A model generated the notes under the pieces. That model had not been told where the DNA came from. It made no database searches and saw only the letters and a list, made by a program, of their open reading frames with translations. A stretch of DNA of 64,000 bases from Eledone cirrhosa (lineage: Eukaryota). Shown one piece after another: positions 14,273 through 29,438 of the stretch. Positions within the stretch are counted from its first letter, which is position 1; every line of letters begins with the position of its first letter. The position numbers and the translations under genes are program-made. The stretch lies in NCBI GenBank assembly GCA_964016885.1, contig OZ024748.1:45570001-45634000 (forward strand), given 5' to 3'.

Positions 14273-14816
14273 AGATCAAAAGATGGTTAAAGGAGTTCCA
14301 TGCATTTTATTATGCGCATTTCAAAAACAAACATCATCATGCAATAATATTTGTGTTTTCATCAGATAAAACAGGAGAACATGATATGAAGGCTAAAAAA
14401 CACTTGTGGATAGTGCAGTTTTAAATCAACATATGAAAAGTAGTTTTAGATTGATGTGTGATATTGGGAAAAATATTTTATTTAGAGGGGGGGGGGGGGG
14501 GAAGGATGAAAAAAGGGGAGGAGATGAGAGTGCAGGTGGAGAGGGAGAGATGGGTGATAGAGAGAAAGAGATAGTTTTTATAACTGAGAGAAGATATATT
14601 GTTTTACATAGAGAGGTTGAAAACCGTTGGAAGATAATGTATAAATTAAAAGAATTTGAAAATTAACGAAGGGAAAATGCGCATAATAAAATACATGGAA
14701 CTCCTTTAACCATCTTTTGATCTTATATATTATGTATACTCCAGTCCTACAAACTGTAGAGTGCTTCTTATCCGATATCTGCATTGCTTTATTGTACTAC
14801 AATAAAACTCACCTCC

Positions 14817-14820
<4 letters not shown>
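14266..14820. mobile_element. Fold-back PLE-type remnant, same family as 41028-41438
   Basis: 14266-14321 is inverted at about 14676-14731; tail with GAGTGCT (14759); both ends lie in (TA)n. Confidence 0.75.
14304..14372 (-). ncRNA. Type I hammerhead ribozyme motif
   Basis: GTTTTAT-CTGATGA-AAACACAAATATTATTGCATGATGATGTTTGTTTTT-GAAA-TGCGCA-TA-ATAAAAT. Confidence 0.8.
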
Positions 14821-14913
<93 letters not shown>

Positions 14914-15189
14914 ATGTATTGTACGTTACATTCAATTCAATCTAAGAATCCAACTATCCATTTATCCATCACTCATCTTTACATTTATTTATATTTACTA
15001 TGACAGATAAAATAAATAGATTTAACAATCGCCCTGAAATAGACTCAAGACTACATTAAAAACTTATCTTTATCCTCTCATATTTACCTTTTTGTTTGTT
15101 GTCTTTTATCTCTTTTAGATTTTTATTATTACTTTTATTTTCAGGCTTTATTTTCTTTTTTTTTCCTTTTGCCTTTTGTTCCTCTACCA

Positions 15190-15890
<701 letters not shown>

Positions 15891-15897
15891 ACACCAC

Positions 15898-15935
<38 letters not shown>

Positions 15936-16489
15936 GTATTTCTTTGTCATTACATTGTGGTCTGTTTCCCTTCCATCCAACCCACCATTCACTTTACCAT
16001 TCTTACAGAGTTCTTGTACAAGGAATTGTCAATTGTTTGATAAATGTACATGGAATGGACTACTTCACTAAGATGTAAACATAACCATAACATACAGTTC
16101 TACCATAACAAAACAAATGGCGAGTCCAACAGAAATGTTGATGTCGCTGTTGTGGTTTCTGGTATTGTTAATGTCGTCGTCGTCGTCGTTGTTGTTGTTG
16201 TTGTTTATTTGATTAGCAAGCGAAAGAAATATCGATCTTCGATTAGATATCAGCATCTCTGATGGTTTGCGTTTCTTTACATGATATACCGTGATAAACA
16301 GTGCGAGAAGGTTTACTATATTCTCAAAACATCTATGTACACACTAATTCATCAATACTTATGTATAAAACCACTACACATACAGATACAGAGAGAGACA
16401 CACACACATACACACACACTCGCACACATACACATACATATACACATAGATACACACACATACACATAGCTACACACACATACACATAG

Positions 16490-16584
<95 letters not shown>

Positions 16585-16871
16585 AGATGATATTAAATAA
16601 ATGGAAACTATATTTATAAAACCATATTTATTTTATTATATATATTTCAAGGGCAACTAAGACAGCATTGGTACGCTTTCATCAGATGAAATACAAAGTT
16701 TGTTTTATAAATAGGGATATACCCATGAACATCATACCTTATCAGTTGGAAATTCACTGGATAGTGAATTTCCAACTATCATCGAATATTTAATATCACC
16801 TGTTGAGTGCTCTAGATCAGTTATAAGCATTTATATTTGTCGGACTTCCAACAAATTAAATACCACTTCTA

Positions 16872-16873
<2 letters not shown>
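16585..16873. mobile_element. PLE-type remnant related to 18553-19013, with hammerhead motif on - (16629-16693)
   Basis: Minus strand TATTTCAT-CTGATGA-(weak stem II)-GAAA-TATATA-TA-ATAAAATA. Junction hairpin agttggaaattcact/agtgaatttccaact. Tail GAGTGCT at 16805. Confidence 0.65.
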
Positions 16874-16968
<95 letters not shown>

Positions 16969-17238
16969 TGAAATAGCGTGACCCAGTGGTTAGTGTGGTG
17001 GGGTTGCAAACACCTATGTAAACACTCATGAATACTTATGTATATATCCCTACATAAACACAGAGAGAAAAACACACACACACACATACACATGCACAGA
17101 CAGACTGACAGACAGACACACACACAAAGCCCCCCCCCACCCCACCCACATGGTATATATATATATATTGAAATTGTGAGGCCCAGTGGTTAGTTTTGTG
17201 GAGCTGCGAACCTCTATGTACACACTAACCCATGTATT

Positions 17239-17493
17239 CTAAGGCGGGTAAAATTCCCGAGATCCATGGACGAGTTCTCTCCAGCGGTCACTGTCCCTCA
17301 TTATTGCTGCCATGTCCTGCGTCTCCAACAGACCAGTGTCTGTCCTTAGGGCATCAACATATGTTAACCTTGGTCTTCCTCTTCTAGTGTGTCCATGTAG
17401 GGGCTCCCAAAGGAGCACTGAGTGCAATGTCAACTCTGGCTGTCGGTGAGCATGTCCAGCTAGCCTCAGTCTCCTCTGTGTCATTTTTGAGCT

Positions 17494-17498
<5 letters not shown>
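17239..17498 (-). mobile_element. RTE-clade LINE 3' fragment
   Basis: [39 protein letters not shown] is a typical RTE ORF C-terminus. Confidence 0.75.
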
Positions 17499-17559
<61 letters not shown>

Positions 17560-17607
17560 GTATATATATATATACGTATATATATATATATATATATATA
17601 TACCTAC

Positions 17608-17638
<31 letters not shown>

Positions 17639-17726
17639 CCTATATACAAACTCACACACATACACAGACACACACACATGTATATATATATATATACTGT
17701 ATATATATATATATATATATATTGAG

Positions 17727-17975
17727 AAAGCGTGATTAAGTGGTTATCGTGGTGGAGGTGTATTCGTAATGTCGTGGACTCAATTCGGAGACCGGTTGTT
17801 GCGCTGTGACCTTGAGCAAAACATTTCATTTATCATTGCTCCATTCCACTCAGTTGAAAAAACACCTACTAGCAGTAGCTGGGGGTTACCTCTATGATAT
17901 GAAGGTCTTATGTCCTAGTAGGGTGTCTTATACGGTGAGTTGTTTAACGGTAAAGAAACCAGGATAAATACCAGT
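17727..17975 (+). mobile_element. Degenerate tRNA-derived SINE of a second family (CORE-like segment)
   Basis: A-box-like head followed by ctgtgaccttgagcaaaacatttcat. Confidence 0.45.
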
Positions 17976-18454
17976 GGTGTTTCAAGGTACGTTAATCTCT
18001 CATCAGTGACATTCACTCAACAGGTATTGACATTTAGTTTGTCAACTCTATATATACAAGTGTATATATAGAGTCTATATGGTTTAACGAATCTTGAAAC
18101 AGATCTGTCTGGCATTTGTGACTGCTACAGCCATCTGCGACGTGTTCACATAACAAAAGATAGAAGAAGAATTTCTTTCGCCACGAAAATATATTTATCC
18201 TTGGAGAGCAAGGCTTACAAATGTTTATTGCATATAGACATTAGACATATTGTATTTGCTTCCATATCCACATCTTCCCCCCTCCTCTTTCTATCCCTCT
18301 CTCCCCCTTCTCTCTCTGTATATATATATATATATTATTTACGTGTCCCAACGACTTTCTTTAGCCGTTGTTCGCACCAACCGGAGGTATATGGTCTTTA
18401 AAGAGATGAAATACCAATGAAGGTTGGAAGATCACTGAGGGAGGACTAACTTTA

Positions 18455-19113
<659 letters not shown>

Positions 19114-19158
19114 ATGGAATACTGTTGGCTTCTTGCTACAATAACTTCTATACTTTTC

Positions 19159-19233
<75 letters not shown>

Positions 19234-19756
19234 CATATATAAATATACACATACATATATACGCATACATATATACATACGCCGTATGTCAGTCCGGTGC
19301 CACAAATACTCCATCAAGAGTTACGTGTTCTTACATGCATGCAAGTCTTTGAGGTATAGTATTTCAGTAATATGCAATATATCTGTAAATGCAGTCTACA
19401 ATATATATGCGGTACGTAATATCACAAACTCTTCTTGTGTGAAATATCTTCATTCTGCCATAACAACATACACATAAATATCCATAAACCTATTTCAATA
19501 CATATAAATATTCATAATGATATTATATCTTCCCTTCCTCCCCTACAATCTCTGCATTCTATTATCATACCCTCACAATATATTCCTCTTACCACACCCC
19601 CTTTCATCCCATCGCCATTTTGTTACTATACACTATACGTTTGAAAGTATGTACCAACAAAACGTCATCTCCTCATCCCATGCAGTCCCTCGTGATAACA
19701 GAATTTAATCCTCACACAAATCTGTCCTCTCTTTTTCTTAGTCTTCCAACATAAAT

Positions 19757-20225
19757 AATTGTTTCTACTTTTGGCACAAGGCCAGCAATTATTCCAGTGT
19801 ATTACTGGTACTTTATTTTATCGACCCTGTAAGGATGACAGGTAAAGTTAATCTCGGCGGGATTTGAACTCAGACCGTAAAGGGGCGTAACTCTCTGCTA
19901 CAAAGCATGGCGTTCGACCCTCTACCGATACTGCCAATCCACCACCCCTGATAATAATAATCATAATAGTTTCTACTTTTGTTTGGCACAAGGTCAGCGA
20001 TTACGCCAGTGCATCATTGGTACTTTATTTTATCGACCTCGTAAGGATGAAAGAGAAAGTTAACCTCGGCGAGATTTGAACTCAGAACGCAAAGGGCCAT
20101 AACTATGCTGCAAAGCATGGCGTCTGACGCTCTTCCGATACTGCCGATAATACGTTATTATTGGTATTATTATTGCTTAATGCACTGGGTAATTGATGGC
20201 CTTGTGCCAAAAGTAGAAACAATTA
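19757..20225 (-). mobile_element. Two tandem S1 SINEs on - (19757-19942, 19968-20146) plus a 3' fragment on +
   Basis: Unit match. Confidence 0.85.
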
Positions 20226-20911
20226 TTATTGCTTTTAACTCAAGTATCTCATCCACCATTTTATAGTGACGATATCATCCAGCAAACAATATCTTTTGTG
20301 AAGGTTTATCACGAGAATCTCCACCTTCCCTCGTCAGACACAACCTTTACATCTCCCTTTTTCTTATTTCTCTTTCGCTATAACAATAATATGAAACTAC
20401 GTTGTTGTTATTATAATTCCATATATTCTGCATAATAATAGATATCTAAACGAAATTAAAATTACAGATGAAAATAATAGAAAATCTGATGAAATTTATT
20501 CATAAGAACCGAAAGATCCCGAAATAAGTCTCGGGTGGGTTAGAATAGGATATAACGTGAGAGAACGTGAAAGATTGTGACAGAATGGGAGAGAGTGTGA
20601 GAGAATATAAGAGATTTTGAGAGAATGGGAGAGAAAGAAATGTATACACATGCATCCTGCCAGTCATCCAACCAGCCAACCGGCCAGCCATTCACGTACA
20701 TAAATACACACATACACACACATATATATATAAGTATACATACATCTATACATACATCCTCATATACATACGTACATATATGCATACATATATACATTCA
20801 CATCCATCCATCCATGCATATATACTTACAAACATACATATATAATATATAATATAATATATATAATATATATATATACATATAATACATATATGATATA
20901 TAATATAATAT

Positions 20912-21067
20912 AATTGTTTCTACGTTAGGCACAAGGCCAGCAATTACCAGTGCATTACTGGTACTTTATTTTATCGACCCCGTGAGGATGAAAGGCAAAG
21001 TTAACCTCGGCGGGATTTGAACTCAGAATGGCAAGGGCCGTAACGTCCGACCCCTCCAAATCCGCCG

Positions 21068-21120
<53 letters not shown>

Positions 21121-21141
21121 TATATATATATATACATATAT

Positions 21142-21207
<66 letters not shown>

Positions 21208-21325
21208 TATATTATATTATATTATATTCTGGTACTTTATTTTATCATCCTTACGGGGTCGATAAAATAAAGTACCAGTAATGCACTGGGTAATTGATGG
21301 CCTTGTGCCAAAAGTAGAAACAATT
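20912..21325. mobile_element. S1 SINE on - (20912-21068) and S1 3' fragment on + (21229-21325)
   Basis: Unit match, separated by (TA)n. Confidence 0.75.
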
Positions 21326-21351
21326 ATATTATATTCTCGCTAATTTATATT

Positions 21352-21408
<57 letters not shown>

Positions 21409-21874
21409 CGAATGTTAATGAATAAATATTTAGAAACAACAACACTAAATAAAACTAAACAAATAAAAGACCTGACAAAAAAACCTCGCCCCACCCCCAC
21501 AAAAATTAACCAAAAAAAAAAATGATTTGCATTAAAAATGGCGTAAAACTTCTTTATTTAGTCCTTCTTCTCCCGCCCTGAATTCTGTCAAATATATTTT
21601 AATCTGTTTCATAGAATTGGTATTTGCATTGCAAACTATATTGACACACAAGTTATTTCATGGGAATGAAGGGAGATAAACAACAGCAACAACAGCAACA
21701 ACAATAAACACATTAGCAACAGCAACAACAGCAAAAATTCCATAAAAGGTAACAACATTGGCAACTGCAATAACATCAGCAACAATAATAGCAACAAAAA
21801 CACAACATCCGCATCAGCAACAGTAACAGGAAAACAAAATAATACTTATAAAAAGGAAATATCACCCCTGCAAC

Positions 21875-21923
<49 letters not shown>

Positions 21924-21987
21924 TGTGTGTATGTATGTGTATATATATATATTTGTATATATATATATATATATATATTTATATAAA

Positions 21988-22056
<69 letters not shown>

Positions 22057-22059
<3 letters not shown>

Positions 22060-22175
22060 AACGAGTAGGACCCCGACGGCTGAGCTCAAGCCGTTTCGAC
22101 GGCTAATTCTGGACTAAGTATTGAGTACTTTGGTGCGTTATGGTCCACCTGGTTCCTTACCACATTTCCTTCGTT
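22057..22175 (+). mobile_element. PLE-like remnant (inverted piece plus GAGTACT tail)
   Basis: First half matches the left palindrome arm at 44214-44270; tail is the reverse complement of 44138-44190. Confidence 0.6.
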
Positions 22176-22190
22176 ATATATATATATATA

Positions 22191-22500
22191 TATTATTTAA
22201 TAAACAACATAAGGCAATTATTCCATTTACCAGTGGTTTCTTAAAAGCAAAAGGTTTTGCTTTCAATCCTCAGAATGAAAAAATCCTGGTCTGTTTATTG
22301 AATTTGGATTTTAAAATCCAAATTCAATAAACAGACCAGGATTTTTTCATTCTGAGGATTGAAAGCAAAACCTTTTGCTTTTAAGAAACCACTGGTAAAT
22401 GGAATAATTGCCTTATGTTGTTTATTAAATAATAATTAAGCTCTGTTACCTACATAGAGCACTCTTTTTTCCTGGACTTTTCCGACGGAATTACTTCATT
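22191..22500. mobile_element. Perfect fold-back PLE-type element (122-bp arms, centre 22312/22313) plus tail
   Basis: 22191-22312 is the reverse complement of 22313-22434; tail with GAGCACT at 22457. Confidence 0.85.
22345..22404 (+). ncRNA. Type I hammerhead ribozyme motif (mirror copy 22221-22280 on -)
   Basis: TTTCATT-CTGAGGA-TTGAAAGCAAAA-CC-TTTTGCTTTTAA-GAAA-CCACTGG-TA-AATGGAA; GUA cleavage triplet. Confidence 0.85.
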
Positions 22501-22559
<59 letters not shown>

Positions 22560-23394
22560 TTATATATACATATACACACACATACACATACACATATATA
22601 TATGAATATGAAAACAGAGAAACATAGATATAGATAGAGAGAGAGAGAGTGTGTGAGAGAGAGTGTGTGAGAGAGATAGAGAGAGAGAGAGAGAGAGATT
22701 GAGAGAGAGAGAGAGAGAGAGAGTGTGTTTGAGTGACTATATCGATAGAATCCTGACTGTGTACCCTGTATTTCGTTGTTGTTGCGAACCCTGTTTATTC
22801 TGAATAGTTCCTTGCTTTGATATCTCACAAACGTGGAATATATTTTTTATAAATTTCCTTAACTAGTTCTTTTTAGATTTATTTTATATTTACTTATTTC
22901 TTATTTTCTTTGATTATTATTTATTTATTTTGTCCAAATATTCCATGTAATGTTGTTGTTTTTTTGTTTCCTTTTTCGTGGTTAATTCACTGCCTGAAAA
23001 AAAGAATGTGGTTTTAAGTAAATAAATATTGATAAGGAAATGTCCATTTCCTGTAATTCCAAGTTACCATAGCTAAAATATACAGACACATTTAATGAAA
23101 ATAACTACGATGTCTTGGAGTTGTTGAAGTAGTTTGCTGTTTCTCCAAAGAATATACTTGACGAAACTTAGAGATCCACATTGAAATAAAAACATTCAGT
23201 TAGATTGCCGAAGAAATGAAATGAATACAATATTGTACAACCCATCAACATAAGAAAGAAAGCACACACATACATACATATATATATATACATGTGTATA
23301 TAAGCACAAACACACACACACTCAAACACACACAGGCTCAAAGACACACACACAAACACACAGACGCACACACGCACACACAGACACACATATA

Positions 23395-23495
23395 CAGGGT
23401 CTCCTCCAAAATGTATACACAGAGGCTATGCATTCTAATAAATATTGCCTGTAAAGGTAATCAAAGTATGTATACATTTTGGGGGTGACACCCTA
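23395..23495. mobile_element. Tc1/mariner-type MITE
   Basis: Imperfect terminal inverted repeats of about 25 bp (cagggtctcctccaaaatgtataca / tgtatacattttgggggtgacacccta), flanked by TA. Confidence 0.65.
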
Positions 23496-23584
23496 TATAT
23501 ATGTACGTGTTATTTTTTCAATTCTTCTCCGTTCCTTCGTCTTCTCACTTTCTATCTTTCTATTTCATCCTTTACTTCTCATTC

Positions 23585-23625
23585 TGTCTTCTGATGAAGG
23601 ACTAGTGTCCAAAACGTTAAGACAT
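23585..23625 (+). ncRNA. Degenerate minimal hammerhead motif
   Basis: TGTCTT-CTGATGA-A-GGAC-TAGT-GTCC-AAAAC-GTT-AAGACA; GAAA reads AAAA, so likely inactive. Confidence 0.55.
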
Positions 23626-23674
23626 TCTTCCTATAACTTCAACCATTAAACTAATGTTTATTCAATGTACTGTG

Positions 23675-23765
<91 letters not shown>

Positions 23766-23789
23766 TATATCTATATATCTATATATATA

Positions 23790-23968
23790 AATGTTTCTAC
23801 TTTTGGCACAAGGCCAGCAAATTACCCAGTTCATTACTGGTACTTTATTTTATCGACCCAGTAAGGGTGAAAGGCAAAGTTAACCTCGACGGGATTTGAA
23901 CTCAGACCGTAAAGGGACGTAACTATGCTGGGAAGCATGGCGTCCGACCCTCTACCGATACTGCCAAT
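23790..23968 (-). mobile_element. S1 SINE
   Basis: Unit match. Confidence 0.85.
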
Positions 23969-24016
23969 TCACTGCCCGCTCTTATATATATAATGAGAGA
24001 ATGAGAGAGAGAATTG

Positions 24017-25464
<1,448 letters not shown>

Positions 25465-25678
25465 GTTATCTACCTATCTATATATCTATATATCTATATA
25501 TAATATGTGCATTTTGTCTGTGTCTGTTTACGTTTCTGTACCAGTCCTTGACATATAAATCTACTGGGAGCTATAATATCGACTAAACCCTTTTAAGGCG
25601 CTGCACCAGCAGGGCTTCTGTCTAATGTCTAAAACCCGCTAATGTAGTAAAACTATAAACTGACATGTAGAACTATTT

Positions 25679-25746
<68 letters not shown>

Positions 25747-25931
25747 ATCTATCACTCTCTCTATCTATCTTCCTATCTCCTCCCTCACACACATACACTC
25801 ACTCCTTCAAATACACATACACGTACACATACACCTTCACTTTCAGACGACAGACGGACACGTACTGACACACTGATACATACACCAGAGGCACTTCTTC
25901 ACACACACATATACACACACTGACATGTAGA

Positions 25932-26034
<103 letters not shown>

Positions 26035-26351
26035 CAACACACTGACATGTAGACATTCACACATAATCTACAAGAAACATAGTTGAAAAATGTCTTAACA
26101 TTTACTGCGATTAAAGACAGTCTTAAACTCTTATCTAAAAGGAAGGAATAGAAAATAAAAAAAAATGGACGCCACTTATCAGAAAAACAAGATGGCGGCT
26201 GAGAGAAAAAAATGTACAAATATAAAAATATAAATATAATAAATAAACAAAAAAACAAAAAAGAAAGAAAGAAACAAACAAATAAACAAACTAAATCAAT
26301 TTATCGTCTGTTTTACTTTGAAAGGATTCAATTTCTGAAGTGAACAAAACA

Positions 26352-26545
26352 CATCATCATCCTCATCATCTTTATCATCACCATTATCGTCATCATCATC
26401 ATCATCGTCATCACCATCGTCATCGGCATCATTATCATCACCATCATCACCATCGTCACGGCATCATTATCATCATCGTCATCACCATCGTCACCGGCAT
26501 CATCATTATCATCATCGCCATCATCGTCACCGGCATCATTATCAT

Positions 26546-26576
<31 letters not shown>

Positions 26577-26597
26577 AGCAGCATTGTCATCACCATT

Positions 26598-26638
<41 letters not shown>

Positions 26639-26845
26639 AATCAACATCGTCTTCATTTTCATCATCATTTTCATCATCATCATCATTATCATCATCCTCG
26701 CCATCCTCTCCCACCACAATAACAACAACAACAACAACATCATCATCACTATCATTATCACTATCATCATCATCATCATCATCATCGCCGTCATCTCCCA
26801 CAACCAGCATCACCACTACCACAACAACAACAACAACAATATCAA
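26352..26845. repeat. Cryptic (CAT)n/(CAA)n trinucleotide tract
   Basis: Read directly. Confidence 0.9.
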
Positions 26846-27029
26846 CAGAGTGTATCTGTTAGTGCTGTTTATTTTGAATATGAGACTCGAAGTTAACACT
26901 CTCAATACGACGGTTTTATTAACCCGCTGATCGACTTAAATTACACCATGGCTAATGTAATAAAAATTATTTCTACAGTTAGTAAAATACTGTCATTTTA
27001 ACCAATGTTAGAACTTCGGATAGATTTCT

Positions 27030-27620
27030 TCGTGGTATTCATTTCATTTCTTTGCTGGACGATAAATAAAATCCTTGGCAAATAAGGACGAGTCTAGCAA
27101 CTGCAAGAACAGTCTTGAGTTCACTCAGCAGCTTTTGGAAGGATAGAGCTCTTACAAAGTCCACCGAAATGAAAGTAATCAAAACATTAGTGTGGCCTGT
27201 AGCTTTATATGGTTGTGAGACAGGGAGTTTAAAGGTGTCTGATTTGAAATGACTGAGTGTGTTTGAAATGTCATGCTATGGGCGTGCACTTAGAATTAGC
27301 TGGGCAGCTCACAGAACAAATAAATCTGTCCTGGTAGAGATTGGTGCCAATCGACAGTTAGTTGAAACTGTAAAGAAGAGGTAACTGTAGTAATTTGGTC
27401 ATGTCATCATGGACCAAAATGTGACTACCCACATCCTTGAGGGACGAATACAGGGGAAAAAGGCCAGGGGATGGCAGAAAAGGAGATGGACATATGATAT
27501 AAAGGAATGGACAGGAAGGAGTTTGGTGGAATGTACGACAATAGCAAGAGACAGGAAAAGATGGAGACTGCTGGTCCATAAATCCATGAAACCCAATCCT
27601 CTGATATGAGGATTATATGA
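27030..27620 (+). mobile_element. Degenerate RTE (BovB-like) LINE 3' fragment
   Basis: Translates with stops as KTLVWPVALYGCET..SVFEMSCYGRALRISW..FGHVI..ILEGRIQGKKARG..RRWTYDIKEWTG..ARDRKRWR. Confidence 0.8.
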
Positions 27621-28023
27621 GATGGAAGGAAAACAAAATACCAGTTATTGCTTGGACCCATCTTTTCTCATTCTTTCCTAATTTCTCTCGTTTTCTTTTT
27701 GTGGGAGTATTCGCCCTCAGTGGTTCAAACATGAAGGGGAATAAGTTTCCATCTAGTTTTATTGCCAAATTTTATGACGCAACCCCATGGAATTCATTAA
27801 GTTCTCACCTTGCATGGCAGGTCCACCTTAAATACTCTGAGATCATTGAAAATATTAGAAATTCCAGTGAGGAACGACAACTAAACATATTAGTATACGT
27901 AGATGGCACTTTCAAACTGTCAAGTTCCTTTTACATAAGACGTTTCACATTTTCTCTCACGGACTTTCAATTTCGTTTGTTCTCTCTCTCTCTCTCTTTC
28001 TCTCTTTCTCTCTCTCTCTCTCT

Positions 28024-28080
<57 letters not shown>

Positions 28081-28104
28081 GCATCTGTACGGAGGTTTTT
28101 AACG

Positions 28105-28210
<106 letters not shown>

Positions 28211-28225
28211 CATACATATATGTAT

Positions 28226-28315
28226 ATGGTTTCTTGAAGGCAGATGTTGTGTCTGTCTTCAGTCCTACATAGAACACTCTTTATTCCTGTACCTTTCCGA
28301 CGGAAATACTTCATT

Positions 28316-28316
<1 letters not shown>
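28226..28316. mobile_element. PLE-like remnant: partial hammerhead on - (stem II + GAAACCA) joined to the shared tail
   Basis: ttgaaggcagat-gttgt-gtctgtcttcag hairpin preceded by tggtttc; tail homologous to 22450-22500. Confidence 0.5.
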
Positions 28317-28348
<32 letters not shown>

Positions 28349-28393
28349 ACATATACATAATATATATATATATATATACACATATATATATAC

Positions 28394-28444
<51 letters not shown>

Positions 28445-28773
28445 CTGTATATATATTCTTCTTTCTCTACCTCTGCATCTATTCATGCATCTCTATTCAT
28501 AATACATATCTCATATATGTCTGTACATATATAAAATATATACACAAGATGGTCTGTGAGTGTATGTAGGTGTCAGCGAATAGGAAGGTATTATATATCT
28601 ATATATGGAAGGACGAAAATAACCTGTAATCCGCAGAAATGCGATCATGTCTCTATGACTCTTAATCGCCGAATCACATTTAAGCTCAACTTTTATGTCT
28701 ATTTTCAGTAAAACAGCGAATTCTGAACTCAACACTATCTCACGTAGAGAAAACCCACTTCAACTTTCAGGTA

Positions 28774-28857
<84 letters not shown>

Positions 28858-28858
<1 letters not shown>

Positions 28859-29409
28859 GTCTATTGTAATGATCAAGCCGCCTCCCCCCTTCAAAGATGA
28901 AGCAGAGGCGGTGTTTCTGTGCGTAATAGCCATGGCGAAAGAGGTTGTATGGTGGACGCGTCTGAAAGGACTGAGGTCAGGCACCTTTCTCTCTGGCCAA
29001 CAACTGGTCCGTTTCTTCCGATATCATTTCGGAAGAAGGATCAGGATGGAGAGAGAGGTGCGCCACCCCAGTCGTTTTTATGAAAGGTGGGTGAAAGTGG
29101 CGAGAATGGCCCGTGTGAATGGGCCTTCACTTTACATAAGCCTGTAGGTGGAGAAGAGGAAGGAACGAGGGAGCACCCCCTCTCTGTGCTCCTGAGGAAA
29201 AGGGTCGCACACTTTTTTCGGGGGTGTGTGCGACCCCCCAAGGCGCCTCCTCTCTATTGAGGATTTTGTTATAAATTTTATTTTTTGTTATATTTTATTT
29301 TATTTTTATATTTTGTTATTGCCTCCTCCTTATTGAGGACGCCTTTTTGTGTAAACTCCCCCCTTTGTACTTGTCCCACTTTTGATGCCCTGGTGGCAAA
29401 TAAAAGAAA
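28858..29409 (+). mobile_element. 5'-truncated Tx1 family 2 copy in (CTAT)n
   Basis: Near-identical to 31168-31720; (CTAT)n on both sides. Confidence 0.9.
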
Positions 29410-29438
29410 CATATCTATCTATCTATCTATCTATCTAT

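Noticed and set aside
26328-26930. Poly-His, poly-Asp, poly-Ile and poly-Met ORFs
   Set aside because: Artefacts of a (CAT)n/(CAA)n tract with no flanking coding context.
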